Shown here piece by piece: positions 9,401-19,634 of a DNA stretch of 20,000 nt (position 1 is its first letter; each line of letters opens with the position of its first letter). The DNA is from Folioceros fuciformis (Eukaryota). Under the pieces are notes generated by a model. The model saw nothing but the letters and a program-made list of their open reading frames with translations. It made no database searches and was not told where the DNA came from. The DNA is taken from positions 1,049,380 through 1,069,379 of the forward strand of contig JBNGIO010006379.1 in the NCBI GenBank assembly GCA_049999805.1. Reading direction: 5' to 3'. The translations under genes and the position numbers were made by a program.

Positions 9401-12400
9401 AGACGTTTATGTAACAGCCTTTCTCTTGGCTTATCAGACCTGATCAATAATGTCATCAAGAGGATTATTTGGTAAACCCATTCCTTTGATCACTTCAAGA
9501 ACCAGTCGCTTCCGCTCCTTGGCCTCATCGTATCTGAAGAAATTACTTATAAGGTCACCACAGACGTGTTGCTCTTATAACCAGAAAAACAGACGTGCTT
9601 CTACACTTGCCTGCGCCAAAGTTCTTTATGAACCTGGTGAAATTCTGTATTTTTCTCCTCGCAGTTGGAACACACCCAATTATCAGAGAGTGGTTCCATT
9701 GGACAAGGCATAAGGCACACAGTGTGAAAGCCCATGCCACACTGAAAACACTGAATTGTTTCCGGCCCTTCCTGAAATTCAAAAGTAGATTGCATCATTT
9801 CCCGCTTGCTATTTGAAAGAGTAAAGGCTACGGTATAAACTCAGCCTTGAGAACCTCATGGAACACTTACAGCAGTTACATCTTCTCTCTGGCAGACACC
9901 ACAGATTCTACCATCGTCGTCACTTTCTCCATGTTCAATGTCTGACTCAGCTGCACATAGTGAAACTAGATAAATGCACAACTAATCCTACATCCACTGT
10001 ACTTGAGTTCAGAGAATAATTCACACTATTAGCCTCCTCCTCTCTCGTGAATGTCCAAATGGTCGAGTACACGACCCCTTGAACTCAATAGAAGCAAAGC
10101 CTATCCCACATCATGCCATACATGGGTTCAGAGCATACTTTCATCATCATCATCCTCATCAGTAACTTCGTCGGTGGCGTTCTCTGGTGGGCCTACTTTT
10201 ATTCGTTTCCCCTTGCCATGCAAACTTGAACTTGCCGCTCGTTTCTCTGATAATTCTGTCCTTGAAAATTCGTCACCTGTACACAAAACATTATGTTAAA
10301 CCTAGAGCACAAGCTATGAGCGCATTCTTTAAAAGGATCTGGATAGAAAGTTCGGATGGAGCGACTTCTTGCAGGAAGAATGCAGCAGGGTTGCAACTGG
10401 CATACGGTCCCTCTCCAATAGACATACCAGAGGGTTTGTACCTTGGCTCCTCAGGCAGAGGAAAGTGCTCATCAACCAACTTCAGCAGGAGCTCCCTCGG
10501 CCCAGAAATGAAATCATCCAGTTCAACACCCTGGGGACGTGAGCACTTTACTAGAGGAACGAATACGAGAAGCTTGGGCAGCTTGAGTGTGAAAACAGGC
10601 ACGAGATAGCTCAAAACTACGGTGGTACCTGTTTGGTGATCACTTCTTCTGTTCGAGCTTCGCCTGTACTTTGAAGGCCTATCACCACACACTTACCTTC
10701 TTCAAGGGCTTGCCTTGCCAGACTCACTGCAGCAGGGACTTTGGCAGCCATGCACATATGCCGGAAAAATCTCTACAATTCATTTCACAGCCCATGTGTA
10801 AGAAACCAGCAGACCTCGCTGGTTTACTGCACAGTCCAATTTCTTATACCGTCTACACAACGTACCTGATGACTTGCCCAGTATAGACGCCATAGCTGAC
10901 TCTGGCTTGGTCTACTTTTCTTTTCAGGAACAGCATCCATAGCAGCCAGAAGGTGGACACGTAGCTCGGACCAGACTCTGACGGCATGCAAATACATTTC
11001 CTGGATTTGATAAATCAGTTGGTTGAGGCTTGCATTTGAATGGCAACTTTGTAAGGAGGCAAAAAACGTGCTGCTGACCTCCATTGGTGGCTCTAGAGGC
11101 ACTTCGCTGATATCGAACTCCGCACCCTTGAAGCTCAGAGTTCGACACACATACATCCCCCTACACATACACATGATGGGTTGAGATAAGGCCAGACCTA
11201 AGAGTTCCTAACATGACCGAAACGAGTAGCACTCCCAAATTGCAAAGCCTGAGCTTTTGAGTTGGTGAAAACCCATTCCACGACCTGAAATGAATACAGT
11301 CCTCCCAGCTCCCACATGTCATTGCCGACAACACCTATTTGGTTGCTACTCCTGGCAGACATCTGAGAAAGCATTCTAGTGTTTCACAAAAGCAATGGCT
11401 AACCTGGCCTTCATGTCCATAGCCACAAGCTCCAATGCTCCTACTCCTCGTTTCTCAAGGGCCCCTGATTTAAGTCATAAGTCATAATCCAACCATACAT
11501 CCTGGGTACGAGGTTAAAAAACTTCACGTTTGCTATCACAGTAAGGCATGCAGGCATATCTATGGACGCAACTAAAGTGTGATTCCAAAGCTGTAACTCC
11601 ATGAGAGGAGATCAATGAGTTAGGGATGGAAAGCTTTGACACAAACCACTCTTCAACAACGTTGACACAGGTGGTCTTGGGCCAATTAAAGATCCTTCTA
11701 ACTAAACCTTACCCAAAAAAGCCTGAAAATTGGGGAAATCTGTTCCAGTTCCCCATAATCCTAGACGAGCCATGTATCCCATGTTGCGAGGTTCTGACGC
11801 TCCAGTTGCAGAGCAGTAGACAACCCGAGCTTGTGGCAACCTATTCTGCTAATCATTAAAAGACAGGAACGAAGTAGGTTCACAAACTGCTTTGCACGCT
11901 CCAATAAAAGCTTGTGACACAGCACCACATACCTGAAGTTCGAGAACAGCTTCGCCTGTTCTAGTTGCCTGCCCTCCAGCTTCAGGGATAAGATTTTTCG
12001 CCTTGTGACACTACGCAGCCCTCCAAAAAAGAAGAGACCAAACTTTAGTGACTCTCAAGCATCACAACCTCCAGACTAGGCTGCAGCAGATCTCTCCAGA
12101 CTTCCAAATGCACCATAACTTGAAGTTCTTACCTCATCGAAGACTATTAGGCCATCATATTGCCCACCAAACCACTGCACCAGCTGATGGAGCCGTGTGC
12201 GACCACTATCGGCTGAGGCTATCAGGCTGCTATATGTGAGGAAGATAACACCCTCCTTAAGGCCTATAGACTTGGAGTCCAGCTTTGCATACGAGTATTT
12301 ATTGAGAGCATGAACTGCGTGAGCATTGAAAGAGCGACACAACACGATGACACACTTGGAAACTTAATAGTCACACTGGGTCTGGCACTGAGGTCCGGAA

Positions 12401-13947
12401 TCATCAATGCAGTTTGCAGCACAACACAAAGTTCGACTGCGCAAAAACAACAAGTTTGACAGTGCATCACACCGACACCGCTCCTCACAAAAATCCGCTC
12501 ACCTTCCACCTCTTTCGCTCCAACATCATCTAAATCCCGCCGAGCATCATATTTAAGGTCCGACCCAACAGACAACCATCTGCATACAATGACAAGCTTC
12601 TCATGAGGAGATTCATCTCAATACAAAGTGTCTCCCGAGCTTAGAAACTTCCACCTCTCGTTATCGGGTGTATGGTTCGACTATTCCATCAACTTACAAA
12701 GATTTTCTCCTGCCATGGTGCCAATTTTCCCATATCAGTCCTGCAATCGTTCTGCCTTTTCCCACACCAGCTCCATCGCCCAGGAAAAACCCCGACCGTG
12801 AACCGTCTGATAAATGGTGATCATGTCTCTGCACCACCCTGCTCAGTAACGGAGGATAAAATTCTGCCCAACCATAGTACAAATGGCGTCCCCCTCACCT
12901 GTGAGGCGTAAACAATCGTTTCCAGTTGTAAGCAAGACAATGCGTTATTCTTTTCGTCTGCTATCTTCGGAACATACTTCGGCTCGGGCGGCTGCACAGC
13001 TGATAGAGATGCGGTTTCAACAATTGCGTCTGGATGCGGTGGCCCCAGCATAATTTTCGAGGGACGCTGCAGGCACAGAAACAACAGATTCAGTGCGGGA
13101 GAATTAAAAACACGTGAGAGGAGAACCGACACTGTTACTCGAGGATAATTCAGGACAGGCACGTACATAATCGGTGAAAGTGTCACCCGATGTCCCGCCC
13201 TCATCCTCCTCCTGCTCCACCTCCAAAGCTACCTGCAACAAGTCGAACATCAGACTGGGGGCTGCAACCGCTAACACATGACGCCACAGCCCACGGTCTG
13301 CTTGCAGGCCAGTTGGACATGAACCTCCTTCTTCTCCGTGGCAACTCGGCACTTGCCAGAGCTTTTACTCATTACACGGTCCAGACCAGAGCAACAGGCC
13401 CGACAGTCACATCCCACACCAGATAAGACTGCATTCGTGAGTGCCACTTTGTCACATGAGAGTGTACCTCGTTCACTTCTTCTTGGAAGCCAGCAAGTCC
13501 AGTGAAGTGAGGGATCCGGGCAATGGCGTCGTCCGCAATGCTGCTGGCATTCCCTGAAGAGCTCAAAATTCCAGGGTTCTGTGCGTTCATATAATTCAGC
13601 TGCGCTAGACTGGTCATGTAATTCTGCAGCTTGGAAGGGTCCACCGCCAACTCCACACGACATTGCGGGCACACAAACCGAGTGAGCCCCGGTGGCACGT
13701 TCAAGATGGCTCTACAGTTTGCACAGGGGAGCTGAATTTTGGATGCGTCAATTCCGCGAGCACCTCCCTGCTGAGCCTGCTGGCGCAACATCGGGGGCAG
13801 CGCTTGCGCAAGCTTGCATTTCGGGCACTGAAAATCGAAAATCCCTGCAGGCACATTGAGCACCCGCGAGCATCCCCCACACTTGACCTGGCATGATATT
13901 GGAACGGCTGGCACCACGGGAGCTGCAGCTCCTCCGTTCTTCCCCAT
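6415..13947 (-). CDS. FGT1: FORGETTER1 / EMB1135, plant Strawberry-notch orthologue (N-terminal CxxC zinc ribbons, DExH-like helicase domain, PHD finger, helicase-C domain; ~1271 aa, 32 exons)
   Basis: Exons (minus): 13947-13468, 13232-13167, 13066-12899, 12828-12698, 12579-12503, 12314-12133, 12010-11933, 11845-11713, 11464-11404, 11160-11079, 11000-10866, 10772-10629, 10530-10428, 10276-10139, 9950-9880, 9771-9611, 9533-9440, 9292-9195, 9104-8969, 8805-8699, 8567-8472, 8396-8306, 8206-8092, 7983-7866, 7796-7673, 7595-7518, 7434-7319, 7230-7174, 7029-6927, 6848-6720, 6642-6531, 6446-6415 (3816 nt, open frame). Motifs: [71 protein letters not shown]4HC3 (CGVC..CFQC..FHTVC..WVCSNC), [57 protein letters not shown]. 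Confidence 0.96.
9534..9610 (-). other. GC-AG intron (77 nt) in FGT1
   Basis: The exon reads ...ELWRR and runs into TAG at 9601 unless spliced at CAG|GCAAGT (9610). Joining to tttcttcag|A TAC GAT GAG restores [21 protein letters not shown]. Confidence 0.88.
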
Positions 13948-15047
13948 TTGCGTCACCCCTGAGACTGCTTACCACGGCCTCCGTTATCCGACTTCACATT
14001 CCCCCCTTAAGCTCGCTCGCAAACGCACCCTGCTCCGCTCCCTGCTTTGTCCCGATTCTCATGGTTCCCCGCAGCCCCGCCGTGGAGACTAACGACAGTG
14101 CGAGCCCATTTCGCAAGAGGCAGTCTCCACAGGGTTAAGAAAAGGGACAGTTTGCACGCATCCTCATGTTTCTGCTTTCCTCATGCCTTTCATTGTGCTT
14201 TCTACCGTACACCCTTCTAATCCTTCATTCCACGTTAATCTTTATCCTTCTTGAACCTCTTAGAACCACAACTTGTTGTTTCCAACTATTGTTTTTAAGC
14301 ATGCAGAGAGAAAATAATATGACACGGATGCAATGGAAGTTATTGAAAATGATTGGAGTAGGATAGCTCAACACCTTGTTTCCAAATAGGAACAAGATTT
14401 GACGGCCCCATATTTAGTTTTAGAGATGTTAACATGAATCTCTTTGTTAGTCTCATTAGATACATTATGCAACCTCTCCAGCCAAATATGCAATGTTAAG
14501 GGAGCGAATCTATTTGATCCTGTAGAATATGCTTTAGAAGGCAATCATTACAATGTTAGTTATCCAAGCTCATTCCAAGCTTTTTATAACTCATTAATAT
14601 ATTGTCTAGGTGCACAAGTTATCTAAATATTTCAATAATTTTTTGAGAATTTGGATGGTCTATTATTGGTGTTCCTCTAGCAAATTTGGAAAAAGCACAT
14701 AGTTATAATGAAAATCTTTCAATTTTCTTAGGGAGAAAAAAACAACTTCGTTGAGACGTGAGACCACATAGAAAATTGGATGTTTTTTCTTTTTCCTTTG
14801 ACAAGTGGAAACTTAAAAGTTGGGCTATTCAAACCATACTGGGGTTTGCAAATGCATTAAAGTGTATCCAAATATGCTTTAAATAGGGTTGATGGTGTTT
14901 GCTTGTTTAATATCTCATTGTAATGCAATACTTTTAATCAATGAAGAGGACAATATCAGCTTAGATGCTAATTGATTTTTAATAGGCCTTCTATGATCTA
15001 TTATTTTTTTAGCATTGTATATAGAGAATAACAAATGTTTACAACTA

Positions 15048-15228
15048 TTTCCATCGTGGGACTTGGTACGCTTTCAAGACCTTAGTGCACACATTTTCAT
15101 CATAGGATTTGGTACACTCCCAAGAATTCTATTAAAATTCCACTAGGAATCGATTTCTGTTATGAGACTTAGTACATATGGGACTTGGAACTTACCAACT
15201 TATCAATTTTTGTCATAGGACTTGGTAC
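15048..15228. repeat. Degenerate dispersed motif, ~5 copies, consensus near TTTYRTCRTRGGACTTGGTAC
   Basis: Copies near 15048, 15094, 15154, 15178 (partial) and 15208, with irregular spacing. Confidence 0.6.
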
Positions 15229-15902
15229 TTAATAATGTACACCTTGGTATAAACGACATCATATTTTAGTACCATTTTTCTTTTCAGGAATAATTCAATT
15301 TATTTACTTGAAAAGAACAAGATGAAAAAACCCATATACCCTTAGAGACTAGAGAGGGCACTAAACCATTATAGGAATACTATGGGGCTATCTTCTTGAA
15401 GCCTAATGACTACTAATAGCACCTAAAACATCATAGTTTGGGAGGAGAAAGGGATAATCCCATGTAATTCTGAATCTTTGTAAATGTGTAAGTGTAAATG
15501 TTGGGTCCAAGATGCTCAATTTGAGAGTTCAAATAAACTTATGTCCATTTGACCTAAGCCATTAGAAGATTAACTATTCACTAAACCTCCTCCACAAAAG
15601 CTTGTTCAAACCACATGCTTGCAATGTAAGTTCTCTCAACACAAAATGGTCTTAAAGCTTAGCAAATACCCTTAGCCTTAGCCCAATAAGGTTAGAGAAT
15701 TCCCTCAGCCCAAAAAGGTTAGAAAATGCTATGAACCCAAGGCTCTTGAAGGGCTAATCCACATTGCGCCAATTCACATCAGGGTGATCACTCATGCTCA
15801 TTGGTTCAACGCATACGAGGACCACCGTGATGATTTCACACCAAGAAAAGGTCCCTTAAACCCTAATCCAAGTGAAGGGACCAAATGGTGTCAATGAGAT
15901 TA

Positions 15903-16089
15903 GCAAAGATGGCCGGTACTGTCTAACACTATTTTGTTGTCAATAAGTTTCGGCAAAGATGGCCGAAACTGTCTAACACCATTTTGTTGTCAATAAGTAT
16001 CGGCAAAGATGGCCGGTACTGTCTAACACCATTTTGTTTGTCAATAAGTATCGGCAAAGATGGCCGATATTGTCTAACACCATTTTGTT
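15903..16089. repeat. Tandem array, ~3.7 x 50 bp, with inverted repeats across unit junctions
   Basis: Units start with gcaaagatggccg at 15903, 15953, 16003 and 16054. Confidence 0.95.
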
Positions 16090-16250
16090 CTACAGCTCAT
16101 CGAATGTTGGCTCACCAAGTAGTATATTGGTAAAAAAACAATTTCCAAGTAATGTATCAACTTGAGTACTTACTAACGAGATGGTTTTTAGAGTGCTCGT
16201 TAAGAGTGAGAAGAAGCCACCTAAACCAAGCTCGTTTCTTGCAAATTCAC

Positions 16251-16530
16251 TTTAAGCAAGTCTAAAGTTGTGCAAGCCTCTTCAAGCAAGTCTTGAGTTA
16301 TGCAAGACGCTTCAAGCAAGTCTTGAGTTATGCAAGCCGCTTCAAGCAAGGTCTTCAAGCAAGTCTCAAGTTGTGCAAGCTGCTTCAAGCAAGGCCTTCA
16401 AGCAAGTCTCGAGTTGTGAAGGCCGCTTCTAGTAAGTCTGGAGTTGTGCGAGCCACTTCAAGCAAGTCTCAAGTTGTGAAGGCCGCTTTCAAGCAGGTCG
16501 AGACTTGTGCAACCCGCATCAAGCAAGGCC
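16251..16530. repeat. Tandem array of eight ~30-bp units interspersed with three 13-bp short units (anchor TTCAAGCAAG)
   Basis: Long units at 16251, 16281, 16311, 16354, 16397, 16427, 16457, 16488. Short units at 16341, 16384, 16518. Confidence 0.93.
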
Positions 16531-16817
16531 TTTTGCCAGGAGGAGCCAACATCATGGCGAAGCACGGCCAAATAGAGGGCTATAGTGTGCGTAGTGGAGA
16601 TCCACATGTCACTGGCCAATCGTTCACTGATTAACTTCAAGCCCCGCTTTTCACACCCCCTTCTACAATTCCCTTTGTGGCACCTCTTCTTATGGCACCT
16701 CTTTCTATTTTTTCACATGCCCATTACAATGCCACAATTGCTTATAACCCAATTCTTTTAGGGAGTCTTGTGGTTGCCACAAGCCTGTCGCTCACCTTGA
16801 TAACTAAGACATGTATT

Positions 16818-17574
16818 ATGCCTCCAATGCAAGAACGAGGTGGCAAAAGCAAACATACAGCCGTGGATGCTGAGTTGCCCACAGCTCCAACGCGTATCAC
16901 CAAGCAATAGAGGAGGAAGAAAGGTGCTCTAACTGAGGCAGAAGGGCCAACAACCATGAGGGGAGAATAATGGCAAACTTGCTATGTCATTTATCTCACA
17001 CACATTCCAGGAGACATGGAGGACGACTTCAACCATTTGCATAAGCAAGGTGAGCAGGGCCTATTGCAAGGCATACTATGTGAACATGATCCATGATACT
17101 GTATGCCACTTTTACATTACTAACAGGCATGTTACACTCGCAGGGGTTCATCTTAAACTCGCAGGGGTTCATCTCTGGGACTATGTATGGAAGTAACTAA
17201 AGATAGTTTGTCCCAACTCCAATAAGAATGTTGAGGCATGTAGACAAAAGCACAAGAAATTGATGAAAGCTTGCAAGATTGACAAGACAATCAATAGTAT
17301 GTCACATCATGAACGTCAAGAAACATGTCCCCACTACAAGCTCATGGACCGTTACAATGGGCAACGACCTTCTGTGACTTGTCATGCCCACACAAGCTCT
17401 AGCCCTATAGGTGAGAGTTTTGCAGGTGGTCAAGTTGCTGGCTCCTCAATTACTATGAGGATAGAGGACAAACCTACTGATGGTTATGGCAAGAGTGGGG
17501 GCAAATGCACATTTTGTTCATATGGTCTCGAAACTTGTAGGCAATGGGGAAGCAATGTTGCAAGTTCAACATGA
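16818..17574 (+). pseudogene. Harbinger accessory Myb/SANT-like (trihelix) DNA-binding protein pseudogene
   Basis: From ATG 16818, splicing intron 17050-17164 (or -17143) gives WQTCYVIYLTHIPGDMEDDFNHLHKQ-GVHLWDYVWK*LKIVCPNSNKNVEACRQKHKKLMKACKIDKTINSMSHHERQETCPHYKLMD. This is the trihelix pattern W....LI....M...F......W..V...L.......C..KW..L...YK.......R..CP.Y..MD. Premature stops at 16908, 16968 and 17194. The 3' end is uncertain and may extend to ~17800. Confidence 0.8.
17132..17173. repeat. 2x21-bp tandem duplication spanning a splice acceptor
   Basis: ttaMactcgcaggggttcatc twice, giving CAG acceptors ending at 17143 and 17164. Confidence 0.9.
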
Positions 17575-18357
17575 GTCCTTTCTTGCCCAGTAGGACTCTA
17601 AGAAAAAAAAATTGACTTTATTAGAAACCATAACTACAACACTAAGTACTTGGGCTACTACCATAATGAGCAGGCAGTGCAAGAAGCCAAGCTAGCGAAC
17701 AAGACCACTACTTCAGGCCAATGTGACTTTACCCAAGGTGTAGTTGATGATTACTATGTGTCTTTAGACTAGATTATGATGGCTCGTCCCACTTGATTGT
17801 CTCACTTGATGACAAGGTGCCTTCATGTTTGTGTGCTTTACCTATCACCATTCTCATAGCTGCTACTGGAATCCTCACCAAACATCTCTTTGTATGTTCT
17901 TTTGGTTCATAATGTGAATAAGGCTTCCGCCATGGCATCTCGACATTCGCACCCTTGTTTGTACCCTAGCACGCTAAATTGCACTCATTCTTCCACCATC
18001 TTTTGATATTCCCATATTTGTTGCTCTTGGGTGCTAAGGAAGTGCATCGCAAATCTCAAACAAAGCATTTCTTGCTGCCCTTGAAGCCATGGTAGCTATG
18101 TCTATTGGACTACTAGTGCCATCAAAGCGTGCAACCTCATGATTCAACTCCTCATGAGCCTCCTCAAACCAAGCATTGTCCATACTGCCCTTGTGAGCAA
18201 TACAAACGTTGTTAAGCACTAATCATGCAAAGACGATGACAAGCATGTTCTTCAACTTGGTATCACTTCGCTTTAGGAGAACACACCATCTTGACTTTAA
18301 AATCCCAAATGCATGCTCCATGACCATCTATGTGGTGGAATGAATGAAGTTCTAGTT

Positions 18358-18650
18358 TGTCAATAGGATCGACTCCAGTCTATGTGCAAGTGTAGGAGAG
18401 GAGAGGAGAGAAGAGAGGGTGGTATTGGTGATCACAACCATGAAAACAATACACATCACCACTGTCTTACTATGGAGGTCCGAGGTCTCCATTTAAGTAG
18501 TACATTTAGGGCTACACAACTTCCAGGTTCAATATGGGATAATCTACACTATCCTAAGTTCACTAATAACTAGAACTAGTCTAGTATGAACCCAACTGGG
18601 ATAACTAATACCACATGAGTTTAGCTCATATAGAGCTCGATAACTCAACA
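18358..18650. mobile_element. Solo LTR (293 bp) inserted in the Harbinger transposase
   Basis: Begins TGTCAA (18358), ends TCAACA (18650), and is flanked by a perfect 5-bp TSD, TAGTT (18353-18357 and 18651-18655). Removing it rejoins the transposase frame DGFTRV*AN*NFIHSTT*MVMEHAFG. Confidence 0.88.
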
Positions 18651-19054
18651 TAGTTCGCCTAAACTCTTGTGAAACCATCTTCATATTCTTGAATGAATGA
18701 AGTTCCAATTTGCCTGAAGTTCCAGTTTGCTTGAACTCTTGTGAAACCATCTTTCTGTCCCCTGTAGGAGTAAGCATGTATATACGTGGCCAATACCCAT
18801 ATTCTCCTAACAAAGCATACTCATTGAGATCATATGTTCTACCAAACAAGTTTCAATCATTTCTTGCTTCAAGCCCACCTAAAGTTATAGTTACAACTTG
18901 TGGTTGTTGTAATAGACAATTATGAAAGCCTATTTAGGAGTAGTAATCCACTAGGTTTTGCTTAGGTGCTATGATTGGGATGTGGCTACCATCAATTGCT
19001 CCAACTCAATATCACGAACCTTCTCAAAGTCCTTATCATACCTTTTCATTCTGT

Positions 19055-19277
19055 CAAGTGAAGGCCATTGAATATATAAGTAATGCATTGACTTCTTCAC
19101 AACAACACAAAATTCAATTACTATCCCTTGCAAACAACACATTAGCACTTGATAACTTGTGTAAAGCAAGTGAAGGCCATTGAATATATAGTAATGCATT
19201 GACTTCTTCACAACAACACAAAATTCAATTACTATCCCTTGCAATCAGCACATTAGCACTTGATAAAGTGTGTAAAG
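19055..19277. repeat. 2x~112-bp tandem duplication within the transposase pseudogene
   Basis: Copies start caagtgaaggccattgaatatata at 19055 and 19167, with a few mismatches and a 1-nt indel. Confidence 0.95.
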
Positions 19278-19397
19278 CAACAGTAACAAGCACATCTAAG
19301 GACATTGCTTTCTTGAAATTGGTGTCTTGCTTCATCATGAAAAGTGCCACTTGCCAACAAACCGTACTCAAATATGGGACGAGTAAACACACCTGTG

Positions 19398-19634
19398 ACC
19401 TAAATTTTATTGTTGTATAAGTACCAAGCAACATGATGTGCCAAAATCCCTAGTGACGTTCAATTCTCTATGCTCTTCTTAGGGTCCTCATAAGAGACTT
19501 CCTTCCATCCACATCACCTAAATTTTATTGTTGTATAAGTACCAAGCAACTTGATGTGCCAAAATCCCTGGTGACGTTCAATTCTCCATGCTCTTCTTAG
19601 GGTCCTCATAAGAGACTTCCTTCCATCCACATCA
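19398..19634. repeat. 2x118-bp tandem duplication within the transposase pseudogene
   Basis: Copies start acctaaattttattgttgtataag at 19398 and 19516, with ~3 mismatches. Confidence 0.95.

Noticed and set aside
10025..10085. Possible extra small FGT1 exon in intron 14
   Set aside because: Splice signals are weak, and the flanking exons already join in frame (A|CT).
6447..11078. Three stop-free introns of length 3n in FGT1 (6447-6530, 8397-8471, 11001-11078)
   Set aside because: With 31 short introns, roughly this many are expected by chance. Homology shows the intron-encoded residues are not part of the conserved protein.
13948..13975. GTG start (MTQMGK...) and a nearby GTAAG...CAG upstream of the FGT1 ATG
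   Set aside because: The ATG at 13947 is adequate, and the GTAAG...CAG span is far too short to be an intron.
14650..14900. Minus-strand KHPIFYVVSRLNE, faintly like a Ty3/gypsy RNase H motif (HPI.Y.SR.L)
   Set aside because: A single short motif with no convincing flanking motifs; it cannot be supported without an HMM search.
16251..16530. CRISPR-like appearance of the TTCAAGCAAG-anchored array (also 15903-16089)
   Set aside because: The intervening sequences are homologous to each other rather than unique spacers. There are no cas genes, and the context is intron-rich eukaryotic DNA.
16293..16634. 113-aa ORF with ASSKS/RFKQ repeats
   Set aside because: A by-product of the 30-bp array, with a non-ATG start and no recognisable domain.
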